Assembly (NCBI GenBank): GCA_963743915.1 | Contig: CAVURN010000002.1 | Span: forward strand, 32,001 to 96,000 | Source: an uncultured Actinomycetota bacterium | GTDB lineage: Bacteria > Actinomycetota > Actinomycetes > JAHEKZ01 | Reading direction: 5' to 3' | DNA: 64,000 nucleotides | Part shown: positions 20,977 through 31,316 of the stretch, in pieces | How the letters are laid out: each line of letters begins with the position of its first letter | Numbering within the stretch: the first letter of the stretch is position 1 | Translations under genes and position numbers: made by a program | The notes under the pieces: generated by a model | Seen by the model: only the letters and a program-made list of their open reading frames with translations | What the model was told of the DNA's origin: nothing | Database searches by the model: none

Positions 20977-21534
20977 TCAGCTCAGCTCGTCGATGATCCG
21001 GGCGATCCGTGCCGCCCGGGTCTCGGGCCGCTTGGCGCTCACCACGGACCACAGCACCTGTTTTTTTCGCCCGTTGCCGAGCGCGTCGTAGCCCCGCTGC
21101 GCTGGGGGATGGCGGTCGAAGGCGTCCTGCAGGTCGCTCGGCACCTCGAGGGCCTCGACGGGGTCCAGGATCGTCCACGAACCGTCCGCCTTGGCCGCCG
21201 CGATGACCCGCAGCCCCGCCTCGTGCATGAGCCCCGCCGCCGCGAGCCGTTCGACGCGAGCCTTGTTCGTGGCCGCCCAGGTGCCTCCCTTCTTCCGGGG
21301 AGCGACGTAGAGCATCGTGCGCTGGTCGTCGAGCTTTCGGGTCGTGGAATCGATCCAGCCGAAGCAGAGCAGCTCCTCGACGACGTCCTCATAGGGCAGG
21401 TTCGCCTTGCCGCTCGCCTGGGTGAAGCCCACCAGCCACACCCCTGGCGAGGTGTCATGGTGGGCCGCCAGCCAGGCACGCCACTCCTGACGGCTGAGGG
21501 GATGGATCTGGTCGGCGTCGTCGAGTCGAGACAT
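20977..21534 (-). CDS. YdeI/OmpD-associated family protein
   Basis: EWRAWLAAHH, LCFGWIDS, WAATNKARV, AKRPETRAARI. Confidence 0.85.
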   Translation of the reverse strand: MSRLDDADQIHPLSRQEWRAWLAAHHDTSPGVWLVGFTQASGKANLPYEDVVEELLCFGWIDSTTRKLDDQRTMLYVAPRKKGGTWAATNKARVERLAAAGLMHEAGLRVIAAAKADGSWTILDPVEALEVPSDLQDAFDRHPPAQRGYDALGNGRKKQVLWSVVSAKRPETRAARIARIIDELS

Positions 21535-21560
21535 GACGTCATGGTGCCCGCCCGAGCCGG

Positions 21561-21848
21561 TCAACGTCTCCCTCGTCGTTTCTCGGCCTCGATGGCGTCG
21601 AGATGGCGGTCGACCTCGTCCTCGTCGTATCCCTGCTGGCGACGCGACGACGAGTTGAAGAGCACGGTGCGGACCTCCTCCGCGGTCTTCTGTTCGACGG
21701 TGGACAGGAATGCCTCGACCTCTCCGACGTCGTAGCCGTGCCTGACGAGCGAGAAGCGGGACGGTGGTGCACCGGCCTGCAGGCGCGCCAGCGTCTGCTC
21801 CGGCGTCTCGGTGCCGGCGGAAGGCTTGCGCCGCGACCAGAGAGCCAT
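21561..21848 (-). CDS. Small tandem DivIVA-domain protein
   Basis: Two GYD..EVD/EVE repeats: HGYDVGEVEAFL and QGYDEDEVDRHL. Confidence 0.75.
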   Translation of the reverse strand: MALWSRRKPSAGTETPEQTLARLQAGAPPSRFSLVRHGYDVGEVEAFLSTVEQKTAEEVRTVLFNSSSRRQQGYDEDEVDRHLDAIEAEKRRGRR

Positions 21849-21918
21849 CGTCGTCACCGGTCCTCACGCGTGTCTCGTGATCCGGCCCATCCTTGCGCGC
21901 CTTTGGTCGGTGTCGGTC

Positions 21919-22233
21919 TCAGCGGGTGATCGTAAGGTGCCACAGACCGAGGATGGCACTCAGGAAGACGAGGATCAGAAAGCCGAGGATCAGGAAGACC
22001 CCGACCCGGATTCCGACGAGGATCTCGTTCGACCGTGCCATCTGCTGCTCGAGGCGTTGCTGACGATCGCGGACCTCCGGTGTGGTGCTGGGCCCCACAC
22101 CAGGGCCGGAGTCGGCGACGACCGACTCGAACGTGGGTAGGCCGCAGCCTCGGCAGATCTCCAGTGCACCCCGCTGCTCGACCCCGAAGCGCATCCGTTG
22201 CACGAGTCCGTGGTGGCACGTCTCTGTGGGCAC
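21919..22233 (-). CDS. Hypothetical protein with CxxC and a C-terminal TM helix (start uncertain)
   Basis: ICRGCGLP; C-terminal ILVGIRVGVFLILGFLILVFLSAILGLW. Confidence 0.45.
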   Translation of the reverse strand: MPTETCHHGLVQRMRFGVEQRGALEICRGCGLPTFESVVADSGPGVGPSTTPEVRDRQQRLEQQMARSNEILVGIRVGVFLILGFLILVFLSAILGLWHLTITR

Positions 22234-22593
22234 GAAGGCACTCTGGCACAAGTGCGCGTCCCTGGGCGGGAACGATCCTTCAGTGGTCCACGGTGGCTGT
22301 CCGAGGTGGCGCCGAGGCCACGGCGGCATGCTGGTGCCACCTGTCGAGTTCATCGCGACGCTGACTCGAAGCCGGCCCTGTCGAGAATGTCGCGGCAGCT
22401 CGACAACTTGTCGCCGGTCTCTTGACGGTGGGGCGCATCCGATGATGACGCACTAACCACTTTGACCGCTCATACAGGTTAGGGTGTGGGTGCCCCGGGG
22501 GAAGGGTTCACAAGAGCAGCCCCGATCGCCACGGGGGTGCGGGCGGGGCTGCTCCCTCCTTCGGACGAGTTGCGCCACGGCCGAACCGGATAC

Positions 22594-22902
22594 TCAGTCC
22601 TCGGTGTGGAGCACCCGGGTGAGCCAGTCCTCGCGTGTCTCGTCACCTTCGAGGCAGAACGTGGTGAAGGCGTACTCACGGGCGTCAGCCCACGCCTGGG
22701 TGAAGTCGAGACCGAGCGACCGGAAGCGGGTGAGCAGAGTGGCCGCGTCCGACGGGTTGCTCTGTGCCCAGGTCGCCTCTCCGCTCAATCGCTGTTCCGC
22801 CCGGAGGCTGGCCTCGTCGCCGTACCGATCCGCGAGTGACGCGCGCCAGGTCGCCGCCGATTCGCAGCGCGCGATGAAGCCACGCAGCTGGCCGTGAGCC
22901 AT
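22594..22902 (-). CDS. Hypothetical protein, 102 aa
   Basis: ATG with upstream GGGGACGGG RBS-like tract; GC-rich third positions; no recognised family. Confidence 0.5.
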   Translation of the reverse strand: MAHGQLRGFIARCESAATWRASLADRYGDEASLRAEQRLSGEATWAQSNPSDAATLLTRFRSLGLDFTQAWADAREYAFTTFCLEGDETREDWLTRVLHTED

Positions 22903-22978
22903 CGTGATCCCGTCCCCGAAGTGATCCCTACACCTTTCATCGGTCGTGCTGACCGGCCGGCGGTAGCGCTGTTCGATC

Positions 22979-23716
22979 TAGCCCGCAGGGACTAGTCGGG
23001 GGTGGCGCGAACGCAAGGGGAGGCGCGGGCTACAGGACAAAGGAGCGGTCCCCGACCACGACGGGGGATACGTGGCCGAGAACCGCTGCGACTCACGCTA
23101 GTGAGCGTGGGGGCGTCGTGTCATGTGAATGGCGGATCAGGACGTGCGCCGCCAGGATCGCCATCGGCGAGCCGTGGGGTCGCGTGCGCAAGGTGGGACG
23201 AGCGACCCCACCGCACCCCCGCTACCGCGCCCCCGGGGTTACGTGCCTCCATCGCTTGCCGAACCAAACATGGAGCAGTTTCGGGTCGGCACGTCGTCCG
23301 CACGAAGTGCGGTGCCGGTCGCCCAGGATGGCGCCGAGGACCGCGACCTGCGGTTGGCGATGTGCGGACGCTGCCTTTGGCTGCCTCTGCGGGTGCAGGC
23401 TCAGTGCGAGGAACCGTGGGGCCCGGGATGGAGGTGCCGGGCCCCACGGCCTTCCCCCCTGGCGTCCCCCCGGGTCTGTCACTCCATCGCTGTCGGGCGC
23501 AATTTCGTAACACCCCGGGTTGGCGCTCGGGACTCCGTGAGGCCCCGCCTGGGTGCTCGGGGGAACAGGGAAGGCGAGGTCCCACGGGTCCTTGTGCGAG
23601 CCCTGTCCGCAGCGGGCGGCGATAAACGGGGTACTGGGCCCGGCGGGGGCCGGGCTCCGCAAGACCAGGAAGGTTTGGACGCCCCGCGCGGCGGAAGAAC
23701 AGCTTGGAAGGAGCTG
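22979..23716 (-). ncRNA. Candidate cluster of C-rich-loop (6C-like) hairpin RNAs
   Basis: Stems 22979-23032, 23044-23087, 23174-23211, 23414-23449, 23638-23655 and 23700-23716 all have C-rich loops on the minus strand; no convincing ORF. Confidence 0.4.
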
Positions 23717-23798
23717 GGTCCGGAGCGGGGCGCGTCCCCAAGGCGGCGGGCACGACCAGTGAGAGCGGGCCTGTTTAGGGCACCGACCTGCACAAACG

Positions 23799-23877
23799 TG
23801 GTGGGCGATACTGGGACTTGAACCAGTGACCTCTTCCGTGTCAGGGAAGCGCGCTAGCCAGACTGCGCCAATCGCCC
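23799..23877 (-). tRNA. tRNA-Val(GAC)
   Basis: GGGCGAT/ATCGCCC acceptor stem with ACCA; anticodon arm CTTCC-CTGACAC-GGAAG; one extra C in the T arm. Confidence 0.93.
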
Positions 23878-23888
23878 TCGGTACTGCG

Positions 23889-23959
23889 AGGTGGAGACGG
23901 GATTTGAACCCGTGTAGACGGCTTTGCAGGCCGTTGCCTCGCCTCTCGGCCACTCCACC
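23889..23959 (-). tRNA. tRNA-Cys(GCA)
   Basis: GGTGGAG/CTCCACC-T; anticodon arm ACGGC-CTGCAAA-GCCGT; no encoded CCA. Confidence 0.95.
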
Positions 23960-23997
23960 GGAGCAGGCCGCCCAGCTGGACTGGGCGAGACCCTCCG

Positions 23998-24070
23998 AGC
24001 GGACGACGGGATTCGAACCCGCGACCCTCACCTTGGCAAGGTGATGCGCTACCAGCTGCGCTACGTCCGC
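23998..24070 (-). tRNA. tRNA-Gly(GCC)
   Basis: GCGGACG/CGTCCGC-T; anticodon arm TCACC-TTGCCAA-GGTGA; GGTTCGAATCC. Confidence 0.95.
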
Positions 24071-24212
24071 GACTCCAGCCCTCGCGAGGACCGGCCCGGT
24101 AACGATAGCCGATCGCGACAGAGCACCTCAAAAGGGGCCGCGACCTGCGAGGACGCGCTGGCGTGGTGGTTGTGGAACGGCTCCGCCACGGGGGCGGCGG
24201 GGAGGGGATAGC

Positions 24213-25790
24213 GTGACGGCCGTGCAGAACGGCGGACCCGTGGTGGTCACTGGTGATGCGTTGACGCTCGACGAGGTCGTCGATGTCGCGCGCGGACGGC
24301 GTGGCGCGTCTCTCGACGCGTCCGTGGCGGCACGCATGGCGCCGACCCGTGAGGTGGTCGAACAGGCCGTGGCCGAGAACCGGGTCATGTACGGCATCAC
24401 CACGGGTTTCGGCGCCCTGGCCAACACGCGGATTGCACCAGGTGACCTGGCCGCGATGCAGCTCGCGCTGGTGCGCTCCCACGCAGCCGGCGTCGGCGAC
24501 CCGGTCAACGACGACGTCGTCAGGGCGCTGCTGCTGCTGAGGGCGCGCACCTTGGCTGCCGGCATCAGCGGAGTCCGGGTCGAGCTGCCGGAGCGGCTGC
24601 TGCTCCTCCTCGGACGTGGGCTGCTGCCCGTCGTTCCGGAGAAGGGTTCGGTGGGAGCCTCCGGTGACCTCGCTCAGCTGGCCCACCTCGCCCTGCCTCT
24701 GGTGGGGGAGGGCCGACTGCGACGTGTCGGCGATGCCGACCCGTGGGGCCGGCCCGCTGCCGAGGTGCTGGCGGAGGAGGGGATCGAGCCGCTCGTGCTC
24801 CAGCCCAAGGAAGGGCTGAGCCTGATCAACGGCACCGAGCCGATGCAGGCCCGGCTGGCCCTGTCGGTCGACCAGGCGCGTCTGCTCGCCAAGGTCGCCG
24901 ACCTGGCCTGCGCCATGTCCCTCGACGGTCTGCTCGGCACCGACCGCGCGTTCGATCCCAGGGTGATCGACATCCGCCCGCACGACGGCCAGCTGCGCGT
25001 CGCCGACAACTTGCGCCGGCTGCTCAGTGGTTCGGGCCTGCTGGCCAGCCACCGTCATGACCTCGAGCACGCCGTCCAGGACTCCTACTCGCTGCGCTGC
25101 GCACCCCAGGTGCACGGAGCGGTGCGTGACGTCCTGGCGCACGTCACGTCGGTGCTCGGTGTCGAGCTCGGCTCCGTCGTCGACAACCCGGTCATCGTCG
25201 CCACCCCCGACGGCAGCGACTACGAGGTGATGTCGACCGGCAACTTCCACGGTGAACCACTGGCGTTCGCCGGGGACATGCTGGCGATCGCGCTGTCGGA
25301 GTTCGCCTCGATCAGCGAACGCCGCACCGACCGGATGCTCGACCCCGCCTTCTCGCGCGGCCTGCCTCCGTTCCTGGCGCCGAACGCAGGCACCAACAGC
25401 GGCTACATGCTCGCCCAGTACACCGCCGCGTCCTTGGTGAGCGAGAACAAGGTGCTCGCCCATCCGAGCAGCGTCGACACCATTCCGACCTCCGGCAACC
25501 AGGAGGACCACGTGTCGATGGGATGGACGTCGATGCGCAAGCTGCGCGACGTCGTCCGCAACGTGCGCAGCGTCCTGGCGGTCGAGATGGTGTGCGCTGC
25601 GCAGGCCATCGACCTGCGTGCAGAGACCGCCGCGCCGAGTCCCGCCGTGGGTGCCGCCCACCGTCTGCTGCGTCAGCACGTGCCCGCCATGAACGTCGAC
25701 CGGGAGGTGGCGCCGCAGATCTCCGCAGTCGACGCGCTGCTGCCCGAGCTCGTCGCTGCAGCCGAGGACGTGGTGGGGCCGCTTGGCTGA
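24213..25790 (+). CDS. hutH: Histidine ammonia-lyase
   Basis: YGITTGFG, MIO motif GSVGASGDL, INGT, QDSYSLRCAPQVHG, GNFHG, QEDHVSMG; hutU and hutI nearby. Confidence 0.9.
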   Translation: MTAVQNGGPVVVTGDALTLDEVVDVARGRRGASLDASVAARMAPTREVVEQAVAENRVMYGITTGFGALANTRIAPGDLAAMQLALVRSHAAGVGDPVNDDVVRALLLLRARTLAAGISGVRVELPERLLLLLGRGLLPVVPEKGSVGASGDLAQLAHLALPLVGEGRLRRVGDADPWGRPAAEVLAEEGIEPLVLQPKEGLSLINGTEPMQARLALSVDQARLLAKVADLACAMSLDGLLGTDRAFDPRVIDIRPHDGQLRVADNLRRLLSGSGLLASHRHDLEHAVQDSYSLRCAPQVHGAVRDVLAHVTSVLGVELGSVVDNPVIVATPDGSDYEVMSTGNFHGEPLAFAGDMLAIALSEFASISERRTDRMLDPAFSRGLPPFLAPNAGTNSGYMLAQYTAASLVSENKVLAHPSSVDTIPTSGNQEDHVSMGWTSMRKLRDVVRNVRSVLAVEMVCAAQAIDLRAETAAPSPAVGAAHRLLRQHVPAMNVDREVAPQISAVDALLPELVAAAEDVVGPLG

Positions 25791-26787
25791 GCCGTTGGCC
25801 CGCTTCGGAGACCTGCTCGCCACCGGCCTCCTCGACGTCACGCACGACCCGGCAGTCCTCGACACGGGTGGCTGGTGGGCGGTGGTGCTCACGTACGAGG
25901 GCGAGCTGACGGCTGCTCGTTTCGAGCAGGTGGACAGAGGAACCCTGCCGACCGCCGAGTGGCGCGGTCTGGCGCGTGACGCCTGGACGTCATCGATGTC
26001 GCGCGAGCAGTACGTGGCCGCGGTAGAGGCGACTCGCGAAGCGATCGCGGCCGGCACGGTGTACCAGACCAACATCTGCCGCGTGCTGTCCGCCGAACGC
26101 GCAGGGCGTGACCTGCTGGGGCTCGCCGGACTGCTCGAGCGTGAACATCCCGCTCCGCACAGCGGCGTCGTCCTGCTGCCCGAGGACGGTGTCGAGGTGG
26201 CGTCAGCGTCCCCCGAGCTCTTTCTGCGCCGCGACGGCCGGCGCATCGAGTCGTCCCCGATCAAGGGCACGGGCCGCTCCAGCGAGGACCTGCTCGACAA
26301 GGACACCGCAGAGAACGTGATGATCGTGGACCTCGTCCGCAACGACCTCGGGCGTGTGGCGCGTTCGGGCAGCGTCACCGTGCCCTCGCTGCTCAGGCAC
26401 GAGGAGCACCCCGGTCTGGTACACCTCGTCTCCACGGTCGCCGCCGACCTGCGGGACGACGTGGGCTGGACCGAGATCCTCGCGGCGACGTTCCCCCCGG
26501 GGTCGGTGACGGGAGCACCCAAGCACACGGCGTGTCAGCTGATCGACGCCTTGGAGACCGCGCCCCGTGGCCCGTACTGCGGTGCGGTGGGGTGGGTCGA
26601 TGCCGACGCCGGACGCGCCGAGCTCGCCGTCGGCATCCGGACGTTCTGGGCCGATGCAGACCGGGTGCTCTTCGGTACGGGTGCGGGGATCACCTGGGGC
26701 TCGGACCCGGACCGCGAGTGGGACGAGACCGAGCTCAAGGCCGAGCGGCTGCTCACTGTCGCCGCCCACGGCGCACCTTTGGGGTAA
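25783..26787 (+). CDS. Chorismate-binding protein (PabB/TrpE-like)
   Basis: VYQTN, SASPELFL, PIKGT, AENVMIVDLVRNDL, FPPGSVTGAPK, GAGITWGS. Confidence 0.88.
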   Translation: MAEPLARFGDLLATGLLDVTHDPAVLDTGGWWAVVLTYEGELTAARFEQVDRGTLPTAEWRGLARDAWTSSMSREQYVAAVEATREAIAAGTVYQTNICRVLSAERAGRDLLGLAGLLEREHPAPHSGVVLLPEDGVEVASASPELFLRRDGRRIESSPIKGTGRSSEDLLDKDTAENVMIVDLVRNDLGRVARSGSVTVPSLLRHEEHPGLVHLVSTVAADLRDDVGWTEILAATFPPGSVTGAPKHTACQLIDALETAPRGPYCGAVGWVDADAGRAELAVGIRTFWADADRVLFGTGAGITWGSDPDREWDETELKAERLLTVAAHGAPLG

Positions 26788-26837
26788 CTTCTCCGGGTCA
26801 TAGGGCCGACGAGTTTCCCCGAAGGTGCGTGGTCGCG

Positions 26838-27666
26838 ATGAAGGTGTGGGTCAACGGGGTCATCAGCGAGCCGGACGCCGCGCGCATCTCACCGTTCGAC
26901 CACGGCTTCACGGTGGGCGACGGCGTCTTCGAGACGTGCAAGGTGACCGACGGCGTCCCCTTCGCGCTCAGCCGTCACCTCCGTCGGCTGGACCGCTCCG
27001 CGTCCGGCCTCGGCCTGCCGGCTCCTGACCACGAGGTCATCCGCACCGGCGTCAAGGAGCTGCTCGGCGTCGAGCCGGCAGCCGGACGGCTCCGCATCAC
27101 CGTCACCGGCGGCCCGGGGCCCCTCGGCTCCGACCGCGGGGACGACGGGACGACGGTGACCCTCGCAGTGTCACCGGAGAGTGCGTGGGAGGACGCGACC
27201 AGCGTCGCGGTCGTGCCGTGGGTGCGGAACGAGCGCTCCGCGGTCGCCGGACTGAAGACCACGTCGTACGCGGAGAACGTCGTGGCCCTCGACCGGGCGC
27301 ACGCACTGCACTCCAGCGAGGCGATCTTCGCCAACACGGCGGGGCAGCTCTGCGAGGGCACGGGAAGCAACATCTTCGTCGTGCTGGGTGGCCGGCTGGT
27401 GACCCCGACGCTCGCCAGCGGCTGCCTTGCCGGCATCACCCGAGAGCTCGTCCTGGAGTGGACCGATGCCGACGAGCTGCGACGCCCCGCTCGAGAGCCT
27501 GCGCTCGGCCGACGAGGCGTTTCTCACCTCGTCCACCCGTGACGTGCAGCCGATCCGCCAGGTGGTGTGGGGGGACGGCGACGTGCAGTCGCTGCCGGTC
27601 GGATCGATCAGCACGGCTGCTCGCGCAACGTTTGCCGAGCGCGCCGCGTCCACCCCCGACCCCTGA
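26838..27666 (+). CDS. Aminotransferase class IV / aminodeoxychorismate lyase-like (frameshift near 27480)
   Basis: DHGFTVGDGVFET, LKTTSY, EGTGSNIF, LAGITR; ADEAFLTSSTRDVQP continues in another frame. Confidence 0.82.
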
Positions 27667-27707
27667 CCCCTCCGCCGTGGGCGAGACCCCCACCCCGGCG
27701 ACCCGCA

Positions 27708-28328
27708 TCACGAGGGGATCAGGCCCTCCACCCGCGCCCCGATGTCGTCGGGCATCTCCTCGGCCCGGAAGACCGTCGCACCCACCGTCACGCTCGGCGC
27801 GGTGGTGATTCCCATGGCCCATGCGTCCGCCTGCTCGGCGCGCAGAGCGGCATGCATTTCGGGAGCGTCGAAGTACTCCGCCACCCAGTCGCCGAGCCAC
27901 TCGCCGTCCCGTCCTGCAGTGGCGACCAGGTGCTGCAGCCCGAGCTCGCGCAGCGTCCGCAGGTCGCGCTGCAGGTGGAAGAGGTAGCTCCACGGAGCGT
28001 CGTAGTCGAGCGGCACCAGCTCGTCGCCCGCGTTGCGCAGGACGGCCCAGGCCCGCACCGCCAGGATGCAGCGGGCGGTGACCATGCTCAGCTCGTCGGC
28101 GGGGTCGGGCAGGAGCCGGAGCGCGATCTCGTGATGGCCGCGGAACCGCCAGGGACGGCCGCCGTTGGCGTGACCGTCGACGTCCAGGTACGGAAGGAAG
28201 AGGCCGGTGGCGAGCGACGCCGGATCGACCCACACGCTGAGCGCGGCAGGACGTCGTTGGGCGAGGAGCGAGTCGAGGTCAGGGCGATCGTCTCCGGGTC
28301 CGTTCCACGACTCCGCCATGGTGTCCAC
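27708..28328 (-). CDS. Hypothetical protein, possibly DsbA/FrnE thioredoxin-like
   Basis: C-terminal ADAWAMGITTAPSVTVG resembles GV.GVPT; GGAGG RBS upstream; no CxxC. Confidence 0.45.
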   Translation of the reverse strand: MDTMAESWNGPGDDRPDLDSLLAQRRPAALSVWVDPASLATGLFLPYLDVDGHANGGRPWRFRGHHEIALRLLPDPADELSMVTARCILAVRAWAVLRNAGDELVPLDYDAPWSYLFHLQRDLRTLRELGLQHLVATAGRDGEWLGDWVAEYFDAPEMHAALRAEQADAWAMGITTAPSVTVGATVFRAEEMPDDIGARVEGLIPS

Positions 28329-28422
28329 CTCCCGCTGCTGGGGTTAGTGTGCCTCGCAGAGGCGCTGTCGACACGGGTTTTCGGCAGCGGACTCGACCCA
28401 GCGGCGACGTCAGGAGTCGGAC

Positions 28423-30120
<1,698 letters not shown>

Positions 30121-30136
30121 GTCCCAGCCCTCACCA

Positions 30137-30184
30137 CAACGTGTAGGAATCGTGGGCCTATGACCCCACAGATCCCACACGTTG
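30137..30184. terminator. Inverted repeat between convergent genes (bidirectional terminator or REP-like)
   Basis: CAACGTGT...ACACGTTG outer arms with inner GTGGG/CCCAC pairing. Confidence 0.5.
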
Positions 30185-30187
30185 TCG

Positions 30188-31267
30188 TCAGGCGGTCCAG
30201 ATCACGTCGGGCGACAGGTCGACGACTCGGGGAGCACCCAGCAATCCCATGGCCATCGCCAGCTCGCTCCACAGCGTCTCGACGACCCACGTGACGCCCG
30301 CGGACCCACCGACGGTCAGGCCCCAGATGGCCGGACGCCCCACGAGCACCGCCGTGGCCCCGAGCGCCAGGGCCTTCGCCACGTCCGTGCCGCGGCGGAT
30401 GCCGCCGTCGACCAGCACCGGCACCGCTCCGTCGACCGCCTTCACCACGCCGGGAAGCGCCTGCGCGGTGGGGACGACGGTGTCGAGGTTCCGCGCACCG
30501 TGGTTGCTCACCATCACTCCGCTCGCCCCGGCGTCCACGCAGTGCCGCGCGTCGTCGGCGCGTATCACTCCCTTGGTGAGGACCGGCACGGGCGAGACGT
30601 CCACCAGCCACTCGAGCGTGTCCCACGTCAGGCTCGGGTCGAGGTGCAGGTTGTAGATGCGCTCGTGGGGCCGGGGGTTCGTCGGCAGCGTCACCGAGTG
30701 CGGTGCGCCTTCCAGGGGCGGCGGCTGCATGCCGTCGACGGTGTGCCCGCCCAGCCGCCGGTCCCGGTCGCGGGCGCCCAGCACAGGGGTGTCGACCGTG
30801 AGCACCAGTGCCTCGGCGCCCGCCTCCACCGCCTGCATCACCAGTCGCTCGGTGAAGCCCAGGTCCGCCTGCACGTAGAGCTGGAACCACCACGGCGAGT
30901 CGGACGCCGCACCGAGCTCGGCGAGCGTGCTCGACCCGAGAGTGCTCATCACGGTCAGGGCGTCGGCTGCAGCGGCACCCCGACGCGAAGCCACCTCTCC
31001 TTCCGGGTGGTAGTTGCGGTGCGCGGCGGTCGGGGCGAGCAGCAGCGGGTGTGCAAGCCGACGCCCGAGCAGCTCGACGGTGGTGTCCACGCGTGCGACG
31101 TCGACCAGCACCCGTGGCGCGAGGCGGAGGTCACGCCACGCCTGCTCGTTCCAACCGAGGGACGTCTCATCGGCCGCCCCGCCGGCGACGTAGTTCCAGA
31201 TCGGCTCCGGCAGTCGTTCGCGTGCGTATGCCTCGAGGTCACGGACGCTGACCGCGTCGACAGGCAC
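30188..31267 (-). CDS. FMN-dependent alpha-hydroxy acid oxidase
   Basis: YVAGGAADE, LAPTA, WFQLY, LTVDTP, SNHGARNLD, DGGIRRGTDVAKALALGA. Confidence 0.9.
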   Translation of the reverse strand: MPVDAVSVRDLEAYARERLPEPIWNYVAGGAADETSLGWNEQAWRDLRLAPRVLVDVARVDTTVELLGRRLAHPLLLAPTAAHRNYHPEGEVASRRGAAAADALTVMSTLGSSTLAELGAASDSPWWFQLYVQADLGFTERLVMQAVEAGAEALVLTVDTPVLGARDRDRRLGGHTVDGMQPPPLEGAPHSVTLPTNPRPHERIYNLHLDPSLTWDTLEWLVDVSPVPVLTKGVIRADDARHCVDAGASGVMVSNHGARNLDTVVPTAQALPGVVKAVDGAVPVLVDGGIRRGTDVAKALALGATAVLVGRPAIWGLTVGGSAGVTWVVETLWSELAMAMGLLGAPRVVDLSPDVIWTA

Positions 31268-31316
31268 GGTCGACTCCACACGAGGCTCCACGGGGGGAGC
31301 GTAGACGGGCGTCCGC

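Noticed and set aside
22900-23798. RNase P RNA, tmRNA, SRP RNA, group I/II intron or CRISPR array
   Set aside because: No GAGGAAAGTCC, tmRNA ends, SRP loop, domain V motif or regularly spaced identical repeats were seen.
23799-23830. 8-nt T-loop in tRNA-Val(GAC)
   Set aside because: One extra base in a homopolymer run, in an indel-prone assembly.
23002-24031. Overlapping 100-270 aa ORFs across the hairpin and tRNA region
   Set aside because: Arg/Pro/Gly-rich with no motifs, and some run over tRNAs; typical high-GC shadow ORFs.
23841-26528. 895-aa minus-strand ORF and other long antisense ORFs
   Set aside because: Antisense shadows of hutH, the PabB-like gene and other GC-biased genes.
28329-28422. 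Alternative pairings upstream of hutU (CCGCTGCTG with CGGCAGCGG or CCCAGCGGCG) as a riboswitch
   Set aside because: The first arm lies upstream of the likely TAGTGT -10 element, and no known aptamer motif is present.
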